DNA of 64,000 nt, from NCBI GenBank assembly GCA_964016885.1, contig OZ024742.1, positions 9,486,001 through 9,550,000 of the forward strand. The letters are read 5' to 3'. Shown here in pieces: positions 15,790-32,700 of this stretch. The notes beneath the pieces were generated by a model that saw nothing but the letters and a program-made list of their open reading frames with translations, did not search any database and was not told the DNA's origin. Position numbers and translations under genes: made by a program. The DNA comes from Eledone cirrhosa. Its lineage: Eukaryota. Every line of letters begins with the position of its first letter. Within the stretch, counting starts at the first letter, position 1.

Positions 15790-16000
15790 TGTGTTGTTGC
15801 TCAGACGTAAGTCAAACCACACCGAACAGATCTTTGTTTAAAGTCAATCCAGGCTAAACTATCTTTGGTTTTACCTGTAAAATTATTCCCGGTGTCCTTG
15901 GGAATTTCGACTAAAGGTGGATATGTTTTCACAATTCTTGTTGTAGCTGTTGATGTTTAGCACCAGTCATCACAGATTTAGCAAGCCTATGGATGATTCT
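15790..16000. mobile_element. Fragments of a dispersed (GTT)n-flanked short repeat
   Basis: (GTT)n followed by GTTTAG/GTCA...AGCA(A)GCCTATG-like sequence. Related pieces lie at 5205-5295 and, inverted, at 16935-17060. Confidence 0.45.
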
Positions 16001-17404
16001 CAACCGTAGAAAACGCACGAATGTTTGACAGACACTTTAAACAGATAAATGTGTTTTGTTTTTAAGTCTGTACAATATGACAGGAGATAAATATTGCTAC
16101 AGGTATCTAACATATTTATAGACCACATACAGCTTCTCTCGATGTCTCGAATATATAAATGTCTTATTCGTATCAGTACAGTTATGGCATTACAAAAGTT
16201 AAAAAAACAAATGTTGATCTCTAATGTATATTTTCGAAACCTAGACATTTCACACATTTCTGTTAAGAGTTATATTGTAGCAGATACTATTGGCTAGACG
16301 ATAAATATAAAGAGATGTATGTAATAGAATCGTAATGTTGACTATATCGTATAAGATAAGGTTTCACTTTGTACTAGTAACATGATTTGGATAGCAAATG
16401 TGACTTTTGCAAGCTTTCTGATCATCATACCAACACCAACAATAAAAAACGTCAACAGGAACCTCAGTACAATCATCACCTACTACTACAACAGCAACAA
16501 CAACAACAAAACAGCGAAAATCACAATAGCAACAACAATGACAATCTCAAGAATAAATTAAGAAGTTTAAATTTGCTGAAGAACTTAGAAATAGAAAATA
16601 TAAGGACATTTATTCTTTCATTCGATCATTACATGTATTTCCACAGTCCATAAACCTTTAAATCATTGATAGATGTCTGGTGCATTTAAGAAATAATTTG
16701 GTGGAGCCTAATTATCTCCAAGCTATAATTAGATACAACGCTAAAAGCTAACAGAATCTTTCACTACTACTTGTGTTGTAATCATCCGTAAACCACTCTT
16801 TATATGGATAACTAGTCAATCTTTACGCGGTTGTTTTACCTCTAAGAATTAACGGGGAAATTTCTCTCGAAAACTAAACTGTCTTCAACAAATATCGGAC
16901 ACATTTCTTATTGTAGTTCTGGGTAATCACTTTCTAAAGAAAAGTCAGGATAGTCACGGATGGAATCCGTTTCCACGTAGTTTTGCTCGGTCAGACCTGA
17001 CATTGTAGCAGAACAATAAAACATCAGCAACGACCACGATAACATCAACAACAGCAACAATATCAGTATAATACTTCATAAGATTATCTTTGATTTCTAC
17101 TCAAGACAACGGAAGATTAATCTAAACAGGATTAATAAAGTACCCACTATTACTATGTCATATACTAACCCACTATATGTCCACACCATAGATACATTGT
17201 CAAATAGAGTTGGAAGTTTTCAACGGGTTTGTGGCCACATGACATCTTTCTAAGTGGTCTGGGTCCAAAGCCCCATATTTCTTTTATTGTCATAACAAAT
17301 AAAACTATTCTATCGTAGATTTTATTGCCATTGTTCTCCGATACAATATTGAATGGAGACATAATTTGTAGTACTTATTGACTTATTTCGTATGGTGTGC
17401 TCCA

Positions 17405-17706
17405 GTATATCCTGATGTAGTGGTAGTGGTGTCCTAGTGACATACAGCCTGTCTTAGGCTTTTAAACATGCTGGAGCCCATCCTTCTCCAGCTCTGAATA
17501 CTCCAGATTTCTTCCAGAGAAGGAAAGAGAGAGTGAGAGAATCGAAGTAAGAAGAGGAATCGACCCCTGTACTGGACTGGTGCTTATTTCATCGACGTTG
17601 ACAGGATGAAATGTGAAGTTGGCCTGGGCGGGATTTGAGAACAGAGCCGGAACGAATATCACAAAGCATTGTGACCCTGACGCTCTGACTCAGCTAATTC
17701 ACCGAC
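17405..17706 (-). mobile_element. tRNA-derived SINE, family 1, long-tailed variant
   Basis: Reverse-complement homology to 5317-5626 (GGATGAAA..AAGTTG..GGCGGGATTTGA; GGAGCCCATC..CTCTGAATAC). Confidence 0.75.
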
Positions 17707-17845
17707 TTCAAATATTTAGTAAGCGGAATGAGGCAGTGAAATTAATGCGCTTTATTTCATCCCTTTATTTTTCTAGTGGACATTTCCTAAGGTTATTAGC
17801 ACGAACTAAACCATCTTTCAGTTGGTCATGTGACAATTCGTAAAG

Positions 17846-18252
17846 CAGTGGTTCTCAGGGCGTGCGACATACTATACTGATCTGGCGCCAAATGTAGCGC
17901 AAGTTGTAGCTAGCTGTGCCAGGCAAATATTAAATTTATACAAAATGATATCTTATTTTGCAATATAAAAATATTTTATTAAAAATCTTATGAAAATATC
18001 TGTTTTATTTGATGGATAATGAACTAATTACAAAATGATTTTTTTTACATTATAGAAATTGAGAGAGTATATACCATTTCTTAATACACAATTTTTTTCT
18101 TTTTGTGCAAAAATGTATCAAATTAATATTATGTGATCTAAAATACGCCGCCAGGACTAAAGGGCTTCTATATAGTGGATCAATGGAAATTTGAAACTTC
18201 TCTCTCAAAAAGATATAAGGATTCATAAACAAACTTTTTATGAGATGACATC
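17846..18252. mobile_element. Possible decayed hAT-type non-autonomous element
   Basis: Begins CAGTGGTTCTCA, a typical hAT/Charlie-like terminus. The right terminus is only weakly recognisable. Confidence 0.3.
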
Positions 18253-19011
18253 ATAATAATGCATGATATTATCATGAAGATGAATATCAAAGGTTTATAG
18301 GAATCAATACATCTCTGTACATTTGATAGAGCTTACATTTTATTTCGTACATAAAACCGTGAGTAAAGCCAAAACCATTATATGGTCTTGGCTGGGTTAA
18401 ATTCCATATATTTTTCTCCACAGAAAAATGTGAAAATTGACACTTGCTGCAATGATGGCGTGAATAGAAAGAGACTAATATTTTTCAGTTACTCATCTTT
18501 TTCTCTCTGTCTTTAAGTAATTTCCGGTCTTTTTTTCTCCTCCGACCCCACCCCTAACGGCACAATATTCCTTATTGAGTGTCAGCAATATCTATAATCT
18601 ATCATAATTAGTTTAGCAGTTGGCGGTCAGCAGACAATCTTTATCGATTACGAATTTTTCAAACGTTCCAGTTTGCTGCTTACCGATAGCTCAATGTCTC
18701 TTCCCATCTCTCCCTAGCAAACTCTATTTCTCTACTGTACACTATATTCAACTAATCCGTCTCTTTCACACTCTATACCGTGTTATTAGTAACCACGTCT
18801 GCTCATAAGACTCACAATCTGTTGAGAACACAAGGCCGTTTCAGAATTGTTAATACTAATATAAAGCAAGGAACAAAAAAAAAAAAACAACGTAAAACAA
18901 CGAAATATTAGAAGAGAAAAAATAAGAGAAAAAATATTTAGTTGAAACACTGCAGAACTAAATATGACACTAATATACAATCTAACCATCGCTCTCTCTC
19001 TCACTCTCTGT

Positions 19012-19058
<47 letters not shown>

Positions 19059-19217
19059 CACACACCCATATATATATAAAGAGAGAGGGAGAGAGGGAGA
19101 GAGAGAGTAGGGGGAAAGAGAGGGGTATATATACATATATAACCACATACCCATATATATATATAAAGAGAGAGAGAGAGAGAGAGCGGACGAGAGAGAG
19201 GAGGGGGGAAGAGAGGG

Positions 19218-19262
<45 letters not shown>

Positions 19263-19633
19263 AGTATATATATATATATACAAGGAAAGGAATAAAGACA
19301 AACGGATAGACAAAGTAATAAATATAGAGAAGTGAGAGGAAGAGAGACGTTTATGTGTAGAAAGTTATGTTAATAAGCTTCATTTCTATACACCGTATAG
19401 TTGGAGCATCCCCGCAACTTCTCTCTCTCCCTCTCTCAATCTATCTCCACACCTTCTCTATAATGATATATTTAATACTACCTTTATACATTGCTATATA
19501 ACTGTATTCAAACGTACCTGCATACACATATATACACACGTGTGTGTGTATTTATATAAATATATATACATATGTATATGTGTGCAGTATTCTTTCAAAC
19601 GTACCTGCATACATATATACACATGTGTGTGTG

Positions 19634-19719
<86 letters not shown>

Positions 19720-19737
19720 TGTATACATATATGTATA

Positions 19738-19779
<42 letters not shown>

Positions 19780-19782
19780 TGT

Positions 19783-19869
<87 letters not shown>

Positions 19870-19919
19870 TGTATATATATATATATATATATATACATAT
19901 ATATACATATATGTATAAA

Positions 19920-20026
<107 letters not shown>

Positions 20027-20665
20027 GTGCCGTATTCTTTGTAGCCTGAGGAATATTTCTGTTTATCAGTGAGAGAAACTATATCTGGCAATGATTTTGT
20101 AGAGTTTTATCATTTTACGCCGTTTGTTTCATTATCGGAATCGATAAATTGACGATGAAAGATATATTATACTGTTTAGAAACATCCGTTTATCTCATGA
20201 TTTCTAATACCAGTGATATCCAGTATACCTTTTATCTCTCTAATATCTATAAATGATGTAGCAGTGATGTACTGCGACCAGTAAAACTGATGGTTCCTAC
20301 TTCACACTAACGGTACAGGATTATGTTAAAGGAACATCATTTTTTAAATATAATTCTCCCCGTCTGACCAGGTTTCAACTGTGTTCACAGTACTCTCCAC
20401 AGTAAAGTACAGGCAGCTTAAGATCAGCCAACTCGGCTTCTGACAATTATGTATGGTTCTTTATGTTCTGAAGTCAAACGACATTACTATCAACCTAGGG
20501 TCGAATAAAGAAAAAACCAGTGATGTTGCTATAATAGACTAATCCCATCTTCCACGAAATATATGTCATTGTACATATGTTGGAAATGTTTATATACACA
20601 CACACTCACCCACACACACTCATACATACACACACAGACACAGACAAACAGACACACACATACAA

Positions 20666-20786
<121 letters not shown>

Positions 20787-20791
20787 ACTAT

Positions 20792-20872
20792 TGTTAATTG
20801 GAAAGACCAATGGAAACTTCGTTTCCTCGGTCCGATTTGACGAGGTCTGTGATCTAGTCGATAAACTGTCAG
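20792..20872 (+). mobile_element. 3' fragment of SINE family 2
   Basis: Close match to 15265-15320. Confidence 0.7.
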
Positions 20873-20889
20873 TATACATATACATACAT

Positions 20890-20963
<74 letters not shown>

Positions 20964-21788
20964 GTGTGTGTGTGTGTGTGTGTGTTTGTGTGTGCGTGCG
21001 TGTGTGTGTGTGTGTGCATATATATATATATGTATATATTATCATGTTATGATTTATTTACACTGTTTTTCGTACATATTTTTGTAAATATTCCCTACAA
21101 TTTTAATTCAATTAAGAGACCCGAATGTACACTGCCCAGCTGTAGCATCACAATACCAGTAACCCCTCTAACACCACCCCTCCATCACAACAACAACTAA
21201 AACAACATCAGTGATGATATTTTAGTTAATACATTGACATTTTCTCTCATATACAATAACATAATTCCGTCATGAAATGATTAATTATGCGAGGAAAAAT
21301 ATCGGAAAATTTTCCATGAAAAAAATTGAGCATTAAGAAAACTACTTGAAGGGAATTTTAGCACCTCATATAAAGAATTGACTAATTGCAAAGATGGTTA
21401 AACAACTGTATTGTTATTCCTTAGATGATGTTTGACATATTTGTTAAAATATTGATTCCTTTCTATATTATACACACACTGACAAAATGATATTGCAATG
21501 AAAATCGGATTATTCACATCATATTTCTTTGTTTATGCGTGCATGTTTGTGCTGGTGTATGATTGTGCTATGTGTATATATGTGTATATGTGAGTGTGTG
21601 TATATGTGTGTGTCATTTGAATTAAAACTGATGAAAAATGTATTTAAGTTTAATAACCTTGTGCCAGTGAAGTCGAGAATTCCTCGATTTTTTTTCTCAC
21701 TTTCCTTTCCTATAATGATGTTTGAACTCTGTTTAATACAATTTCTGAACATGAGCAAAATATTAAATAACGATGACAAAGGAAAACG

Positions 21789-21858
<70 letters not shown>

Positions 21859-22398
21859 GGGAGAGAGAGAGAGATGAAATTAGATATAATCAATTTGAAA
21901 AGGTACCAAATCATATAACAAAGCAAGAGGTGGGAAAGAAAGGAAAGTATAAATTCATAAACTGCACTCTAATAATAATTAATCAACAGATTTTAAGAAC
22001 TAAAGACGACGTATTTGCTCCAATCTTTCGTTGGGAAATTTGTAAAATATATATAAAAAGTTTCAATTAAAGAATATAGAAAGATGTGTAATCATAAACC
22101 AGAAATATTGTTGAAAGGAGCCATGTAAAGGTGACTATATTATATGAAAATTTCAACGGGAAAACAAATAAAACATTCACAAGATACTACTGTATATAAA
22201 AGCTTATAACGCGTGATGGTTAAACAACATAGCGTGGCCATTTAATACAAATGTTAGACAAAGGATGGGAAGAAATAGAAACATACCAAGATGTAGTTCA
22301 CGAAATACAGAAAATTTGAATTTGCCGTAAAATATGTAATTATTTCTATTGTAACAATATTTCTGGTTTATGATTACACATATTTCTATATTCTTTAA

Positions 22399-22618
22399 TT
22401 GAAACTTTAGCATTTAAACCAGCCGTATCCGGCCAGAATTCTTTCACCTATTTCTGTTCAAACCAGCCATAACTGGCCCCTCATACCAACTTTAATATAT
22501 CGTTCTCAAAATAAATAATATCAAAATCTCATAGATTCGATATTATGTGAAATAATTATGTGAGGTAAAGCATTTACCGTGAAAATATAATAGAGTAATG
22601 TAAATGCCAAAAGGTTAA
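22399..22618. mobile_element. MITE with short TIRs, piggyBac-like TTAA end
   Basis: CTTTAGCATTTA at 22405 versus TAAATGCCAAAAGG-TTAA at 22601-22618. There is an internal direct repeat AAACCAGCC-TA-C-GGCC. Confidence 0.55.
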
Positions 22619-22834
22619 GGTGAATTGGAAAATATTTTAATGACTAGTTGACAATACTATAATAGTTATAGAGAATATTTTCCGACTCTACAGGATATTT
22701 GGTTGCTTGGAACAGCAAGAATCATAAGAAGGGTCCTAAATAACTATAGCTCTACGATGTAGCTTACTCGCTAACAAACGAACATGGCAAAACATCACAA
22801 AAATGTTGAGTGAAAATAAAGATTATCAATAATG

Positions 22835-23100
22835 GTTTCTGATTTAGGTACAGGAGCAGCTATAGAGAGAGAAATGGAAAGTGAGTTATATCAACCTAAG
22901 TGCTTCAATGACCCTTTATTGTGTGACCTCATAAAGGATGTAAGGGAGAGTTGACTTCGGAATCATGTCAGGTGACCTCGGCCGTATTTGAACTCACATC
23001 ATAAACGGCTGTCATAAAATGCTGCAACATATTTTCTCTGGCGCTCTTGATATGTGATAAGGGTTTCATGCGACACGCTACTGACTCTGCCAAAAAACCG
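22835..23100 (-). mobile_element. Degenerate SINE, family 1
   Basis: AAAGGATG..GAGTTGACTTCGG and TGACCTCGGCCGTATTTGAACTCA..ACTCTGCCA. Confidence 0.6.
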
Positions 23101-23721
23101 CTTGTCGTGTAATTAATAGACAAGAATTGAACCTGTTTCTTCGAACATCAGTATTTCAGTATTAATCTCAGTAAATAACACATCTCTGGTTATATAAAGA
23201 CAACAATGAAATTGTCACAACTTAGTAGAATTATCTTCTGAAGAACATCGGAACTTAAGATTATTTCAATCATATTCTTTAGATAATCCATTTGATAATT
23301 TCTCCGTATAATTATATTTCGAATTTGTCTTTACTTCACCTTACATTTAGATTGATTAATCTGTTAAATATTTCCATTTCTGTGAGAAAATCTGCACAGT
23401 TTAGCAAAAACACAAACAAAAAAACCCGATGCAGTAATTCTTATTTAATCTTGTATATTTGTTATATTATTTATTTTCAGCCGTTAAGAAAATAAAGAAC
23501 TCTTGCATGTTAAAACGAAATATAGAAATTATCTCCTTAAGTCTTTGCTTCGGTGCCACCAATCCTATAATACCTAAATTGAAAAGAGCTTTGAAGCTAC
23601 ACATAATTTGGTTGAGCATCTGATAAAAAAATTCACGTATGTTTTTCAATTCACAATAAGGTGTGAGCAGCTCAAATTTCTGTTTGAACCCTTAATTATT
23701 GATGGAACAAAGTACCTAGTA

Positions 23722-26700
23722 TATGTGAACAATATACCTAAAATATAATGTGAACAATATACCTACAATATAATGTGAACAATATACCTACAATATAATG
23801 TGAACAATATAATGTGAACAATACACCTACAATATAATGTGAACAGTATACCTACAATATAATGTGAACAATATACCTACAATATAATGTGATCAATATA
23901 CCTACAATATAATGAGAACAATATACCTACAATATAATGTGATCAATATACCTACAATATAATGAGAACAATATAACTACAATATAATGTGAACAGTATA
24001 CCTACAATATAATGTGAACAATATACCTACAATATAATGTGATCAATATACCTACAATATAATGAGAACAATATACCTACAATATAATGTGATCAATATA
24101 CCTACAATATAATGAGAACAATATAACTACAATATAATGTGAACAGTATACCTACAATATAATGTGAACAATATACCTACAATATAATGTGAACAATATA
24201 CCTACAATATGACGTGAACAATATACCTACAATATAATGGGAACAATATACATACAATATAATGTGAACAATATACCTACAATATTATTGAACAATATAC
24301 CTACAATATAATGTGAACAATATACGTACAATATAATGTGAACAATATACCTACAATATTATTGAACAATATACCTACAATATAATGGGAACAATATACA
24401 TACGTTATAATGTGAACAATATACCTACAATATAATGTGAACTATATACCTACAATGTAACTACAATATAATGTGAACAATATACCTACAATATAATGTG
24501 AACAATATACCTGCAATAAAATGTGAACAATATACCTACATTATAATGTGAACAATATACCTACAATATAATGTGAACAATATACCTACAATATAATGCG
24601 ATCAATATAGCTACAATGTAATGTGAATAATATACCTACAATGTTATGTGAACAATATACCTACAATATAATGTGAACTATATACCTACAATGTAATGTG
24701 AATAATATACCTACAATATGATGTGAACAATATACCTACAATATAATGTGAACAATATACCTACAATATAATGTGAAGAATATACCTACAATATAATGTG
24801 AACAATATATAATGTGAACAATATACCTACAATATAATGTGAATAATATACCTACAATATGATGTGATCAATATACCTACAATATTATGTGAACAATATA
24901 CCTACAATATAATGGGAATAATATACCTACAATATAATGTGATCAATATACCTACAATATTATGTGAACAATATACATACAATATAATGTGAACAATATA
25001 CCTACAATATAATGTGAACAATATACCTACAATATGACGTGAACAATATACCTACAATATAATGTGATCAATATACCTACAATGTAATGTGAACAATATA
25101 CCTACAATATGATGTGAACAATATACCTACAATATAATGTGAACAATATACCTACAATATAATGTGAACAATATACCTACAATGTTATGTGAACAATATA
25201 CCTACAATATGATGTGATCAATATACCTACAATATTATGTGAACAATATACCTACAATATAATGTGAACAATATACCTACAATATTATGTGATCAATATA
25301 CCTACAATGTAATGTGAACAATATACCTACAATATAATGTGAACAATATACCTACAATGTTATGTGAACAATATACCTACAATATAATGGGAACAATATA
25401 CCTACAATGTAATGTGAACAATATACCTACAATATAATGTGAACAATATACCTACAGTGTTATGTGAACAATATACCTACAATATAATGTGAACAATATA
25501 CCTGCAATATAATGTGAACAATATACCTACAATATAATGTGAACAATATACCTACAATGTAATGTGAACAATATACCTACAATATAATGTGAACAATATA
25601 CCTACAATATAATGTGAACAATATACCTACAATATAATGTGATCAATATACCTACAATGTAATGTGAACAATATACCTACAATATAATGTGAACAATATA
25701 CCTACAATATTATGTGAACAATATAACTACAATATAATGTGATCAATATACCTACAATTTAATGGGAACAATATACCTACAATTTAATGGGAACAATATA
25801 CCTACAATCTAATGTGAAGAATATACCTACAATATAATGTGATCAATATACCTACAACATAATGTGATCAATATACCTACAATATAATGTGAACAATATA
25901 CCTACAATATAATGTGATCAATATACCTACAATTTAATGGGAACAATATACCTACAATATAATGTGAACAGTATACCTACAATATAATGTGAACAATATA
26001 CCTACAATATAATGTGAACAATATACCTACAATATAATGTGAACAATATACCTACAATATAATGTGAACAATATACCTACAATATAATGTGAACAATATA
26101 CCTACAATATGACGGGAACAATATACCTACAATATAATGGGAACAATATACATACAATATAATGTGAACAATATACCTACAATATTATTGAACAATATAC
26201 CTACAATATAATGTGAACAATATACCTACAATATAATGTGAACAATATACCTACAATATGATATGAACAATATACCTACAATATAATGTGAACAATATAC
26301 CTACAATATTATTGAACAATATACCTACAATATAATGGGAACAATATACATACATTATAATGTGAACAATATACATACAATATAATGTGAACAATATACC
26401 TACAATATAATGTGAACAATATACCTACAATATGACGTGAACAATATACCTACAATATAATGGGAATAATATACCTACAATATTATGTGAACAATATACA
26501 TACAATATAATGTGAACAATATACCTACAATATAATGTGAACAATATACCTACAATATGACGTGAACAATATACCTACAATATAATGTGATCAATATACC
26601 TACAATGTAATGTGAACAATATACCTACAATATGATGTGAACAATATACCTACAATATAATGTGAACAATATACCTACAATATAATGTGAACAATATACC

Positions 26701-29700
26701 TACAATGTTATGTGAACAATATACCTACAATATGATGTGAACAATATACCTACAATATTATGTGAACAATATACCTACAATATAATGTGAACAATATACC
26801 TACAATATTATGTGATCAATATACCTACAATGTAATGTGAACAATATACCTACAATATAATGTGAACAATATACCTACAATGTTATGTGAACAATATACC
26901 TACAATATAATGGGAACAATATACCTACAATGTAATGTGAACAATATACCTACAATATAATGTGAACAATATACCTACAATGTTATGTGAACAATATACC
27001 TACAATATAATGTGAACAATATACCTGCAATATAATGTGAACAATATACCTACAATATAATGTGAACAATATACCTACAATGTAATGTGAACAATATACC
27101 TACAATATAATGTGAACAATATACCTACAATATAATGTGAACAATATACCTACAATATAATGTGATCAATATACCTACAATGTAATGTGAACGATATACC
27201 TACAATATAATGTGAACAATATACCTACAATATTATGTGAACAATATAACTACAATATAATGTGATCAATATACCTACAATTTAATGGGAACAATATACC
27301 TACAATATAATGTGAACAGTATACCTACAATATAATGTGAACAATATACCTACAATATAATGTGAACAATATACCTACAATATAATGTGAACAATATACC
27401 TACAATATAATGTGAACAATATACCTACAATATAATGTGAACAATATACCTACAATATGACGGGAACAATATACCTACAATATAATGGGAACAATATACA
27501 TACAATATAATGTGAACAATATACCTACAATATTATTGAACAATATACCTACAATATAATGTGAACAATATACCTACAATATAATGTGAACAATATACCT
27601 ACAATATGATGTGAACAATATACCTACAATATAATGTGAACAATATACCTACAATATTATTGAACAATATACCTACAATATAATGGGAACAATATACATA
27701 CATTATAATGTGAACAATATACATACGTTATAATGTGAACAATATACCTACAATATGATGTGAACAATATACCTACAATCTAATGGGAACAATATACCTA
27801 CAATCTAATGTGAACAATATACATACAATATAATGTGAACAATATACCTACAATGTTATGTGAACAATATACCTACAATATAATGTGAACAATATACCTA
27901 CAATATAATGTGAACAATATACCTACAATGTTATGTGAACAATATACCTACAATATAATGTGAACAATATATCTACAATATAATGTGATCAATATACCTA
28001 CAATATTATTGAACAATATACCTACAATATAATGTGAACAATATACCTACAATATAATGTGAACAATATACCTACAATATAATGTGAACAATATACCTAC
28101 AATGTAATGTGAACAATATACCTACAAAATAACGTGAACAATATACCTATAATATAATGTGAACAATATACCTACAATGTAATGTGAACAATATACCTAC
28201 AATATAATGTGAACAATATACCTACAATATAATGTGATCAATATACCTACAATATAATGTGAACAATATACCTACAATGTAATGTAAACAATATACCTAC
28301 AATATGATGTGAACAATATACCTACAATATAATGTGATCAATATACCTACAATATTATTGAACAATATACCTACAATGTAATGTGAACAATATACCTACA
28401 ATATGACGTGAACAATATACCTACAATATAATGTGAACAATATACCTACAATATAATGTGAACAATATACCTACAATGTAATGTGAACAATATACCTACA
28501 ATATAATGTGAACAATATACCTACAATATAATGTGATCAATATACCTACAATATTATTGAACAATATACCTACAATGTAATGTGAACAATATACCTACAA
28601 TATAATGTGAACAATATACCTACAATATAATGTGAACAATATACATACAATATAATGTGAACAATATACCTACAATATGACGTGAACAATATACCTACAA
28701 TATTATTGAACAATATACCTACAATATTATTGAACAATATACCTACAATATTATTGAACAATATACCTACAATGTAATGTGAACAATATACCTACAATAT
28801 AATGTGAAGAATATACCTATAATATAATGTGAACAATATACCTACAATATCATGTGAACAATATACCTACAATATGACGTGAACAATATACCTACAATGT
28901 AATGTGAACAATATACCTACAATATAATGTGAACAATATACCTACAATATAATGTGATCAATATACCTACAATGTAATGTGAACAATATACCTACAATAT
29001 AATGTGAACAATATACCTACAATATGACGTGAACAATATACCTACAATATAATGTGAACAATATACCTACAATATAATGTGAACAATATACCTACAATAT
29101 AATGTGAACAATATACCTACAATATTATGTGAACAATATACCTACAATATAATGTGAACAATATACCTACAATATGACGTGAACAATATACCTACAATAT
29201 GATGTGATCAATATACCTACAATATAATGTGAACAATATACCTACAATATAATGTGATCAATATACCTACAATGTAATGTGAACAATATACCTACAATAT
29301 AATGTGAACAATATACCTACAATGTTATGTGAACAATATACCTACAATATAATGTGAACAATATACCTACAATATAATGTGAACAATATACCTACAATGT
29401 AATGTGAACAATATACCTACAATATAATGTGAACAATATACCTACAATATTATGTGAACAATATACCTACAATATAATGTGAACAATATACCTACAATAT
29501 AATGAGAACAATATAACTACAATATAATGTGAACAATATACCTACAATATAATGTGAACAATATACCTACAATATGACGTGAACAATATACCTACAATAT
29601 AATGTGAACAATATACCTACAATATAATGTGAACAATATACCTACAATATAATGTGAACAATTTATAATGTGAACAATATATAATGTGAACAATATACCT

Positions 29701-32700
29701 ACAATATAATGTGAATAATATACCTACAATATAATGTGAACAATATATCTACAATGTAATGGGAATAATATACCTACAATCTAATGTGAACAATATACCT
29801 ACAATGTTATGTGAACAATATACCTACAATATAATGTGAACAATATACCTACAATATAATGTGAACAATATACCTACAATCTAATGTGAACAATATACCT
29901 ACAATATAATGTGAACAATATACCTACAATGTTATGTGAACAATATACCTACAATCTAATGTGAACAATATACCTACAATGTTATGTGAACAATATACCT
30001 ACAATATGATGTGAACAATATACCTACAATGTTATGTGAACAATATACCTACAATATAATGTGAACAATATACCTACAATATAATGTGAACAATATACCT
30101 ACAATATAATGTGAACAATATACCTACAATGTAATGTGAACAATATACCTACAATATAATGTGAACAATATACCTACAATATAATGTGAACAATATACCT
30201 ACAATATAATGTGAACAATATACCTACAGTGTAATGTGAACAATATACCTACAATATGACGTGAACAATATACCTACAATATAATGTGAATAATATACCT
30301 ACAATATGATGTGAACAATATACCTACAATGTTATGTGAACAATATACCTACAATATAATGTGAACAATATACCTACAATATAATGTGAACAATATACCT
30401 ACAATATAATGTGAACAATATACCTACAATGTAATGTGAACAATATACCTACAATATAATGTGAACAATATACCTACAATATAATGTGATCAATATACCT
30501 ACAATATTATTGAACAATATACCTACAATATAATGTGAACAATATACCTACAATATAATGTGAACAATATACCTACAATATAATGTGAACAATATACCTA
30601 CAATATAATGTGAACAATATACCTACAATGTAATGTGAACAATATACCTACAATATAATGTGAACAATATACCTACAATATAATGTGAACAATATACATA
30701 CAATATGACGTGAACAATATACCTACAATGTAATGTGAACAATATACCTACAATATAATGTGAAGAATATACCTACAATATAATGTGAACAATATACCTA
30801 CAATATAATGTGAACAATATACCTACAATGTAATGTGAACAATATACCTACAATATAATGTGAACAATATACATACAATATAATGTGAACAATATACCTA
30901 CAATATAATGTGAAGAATATACCTACAATATAATGTGAACAATATACCTACAATATAATGTGAACAATATACCTACAATATGACGTGAACAATATACCTA
31001 CAATGTAATGTGAACAATATACCTACAATATAATGTGAACAATATACCTACAATATGACGTGAACAATATACCTACAATATAATGTGAACAATATACCTA
31101 CAATATAATGTGAACAATATACCTACAATATAATGTGAACAATATATAATGTGAACAATATACCTACAATATAATGTGAATAATATACCTACAATATAAT
31201 GTGAACAATATATCTACAATGTAATGGGAATAATATACCTACAATCTAATGTGAACAATATACCTACAATGTTATGTGAACAATATACCTACAATATAAT
31301 GTGAACAATATACCTACAATATAATGTGAACAATATACCTACCATCTAATGTGAACAATATACCTACAATATAATGTGAACAATATACCTACAATGTTAT
31401 GTGAACAATATACCTACAATCTAATGTGAACAATATACCTACAATGTTATGTGAACAATATACCTACAATATGATGTGAACAATATACCTACAATGTTAT
31501 GTGAACAATATACCTACAATATAATGTGAACAATATACCTACAATATAATGTGAACAATATACCTACAATATAATGTGAACAATATACCTACAATGTAAT
31601 GTGAACAATATACCTACAATATAATGTGAACAATATACCTACAATATAATGTGAACAATATACCTACAATATAATGTGAACAATATACCTACAGTGTAAT
31701 GTGAACAATATACCTACAATATGACGTGAACAATATACCTACAATATAATGGGAACAATATACATACAATATAATGTGAACAATATACCTACAATATTAT
31801 TGAACAATATACCTACAATATAATGTGAACAATATAATGTGAACAATACACCTACAATATAATGTGAACAGTATACCTACAATATAATGTGAACAATATA
31901 CCTACAATATAATGTGATCAATATACCTACAATATAATGAGAACAATATACCTACAATATAATGTGATCAATATACCTACAATATAATGAGAACAATATA
32001 ACTACAATATAATGTGAACAGTATACCTACAATATAATGTGAACAATATACCTACAATATAATGTGAACAATATACCTACAATATGACGTGAACAATATA
32101 CCTACAATATAATGGGAACAATATACATACAATATAATGTGAACAATATACCTACAATATTATTGAACAATATACCTACAATATAATGTGAACAATATAC
32201 GTACAATATAATGTGAACAATATACCTACAATATTATTGAACAATATACCTACAATATAATGGGAACAATATACATACGTTATAATGTGAACAATATACC
32301 TACAATATAATGTGAACTATATACCTACAATGTAACTACAATATAATGTGAACAATATACCTACAATATAATGTGAACAATATACCTGCAATAAAATGTG
32401 AACAATATACCTACATTATAATGTGAACAATATACCTACAATATAATGTGAACAATATACCTACAATATAATGCGATCAATATAGCTACAATGTAATGTG
32501 AATAATATACCTACAATGTTATGTGAACAATATACCTACAATATAATGTGAACTATATACCTACAATGTAATGTGAATAATATACCTACAATATGATGTG
32601 AACAATATACCTACAATATAATGTGAACAATATACCTACAATATAATGTGAAGAATATACCTACAATATAATGTGAACAATATATAATGTGAACAATATA

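Noticed and set aside
16387-16653. Q/N-rich 88-aa ORF
   Set aside because: It arises from a degenerate (CAA)n microsatellite, with no splice or domain support.
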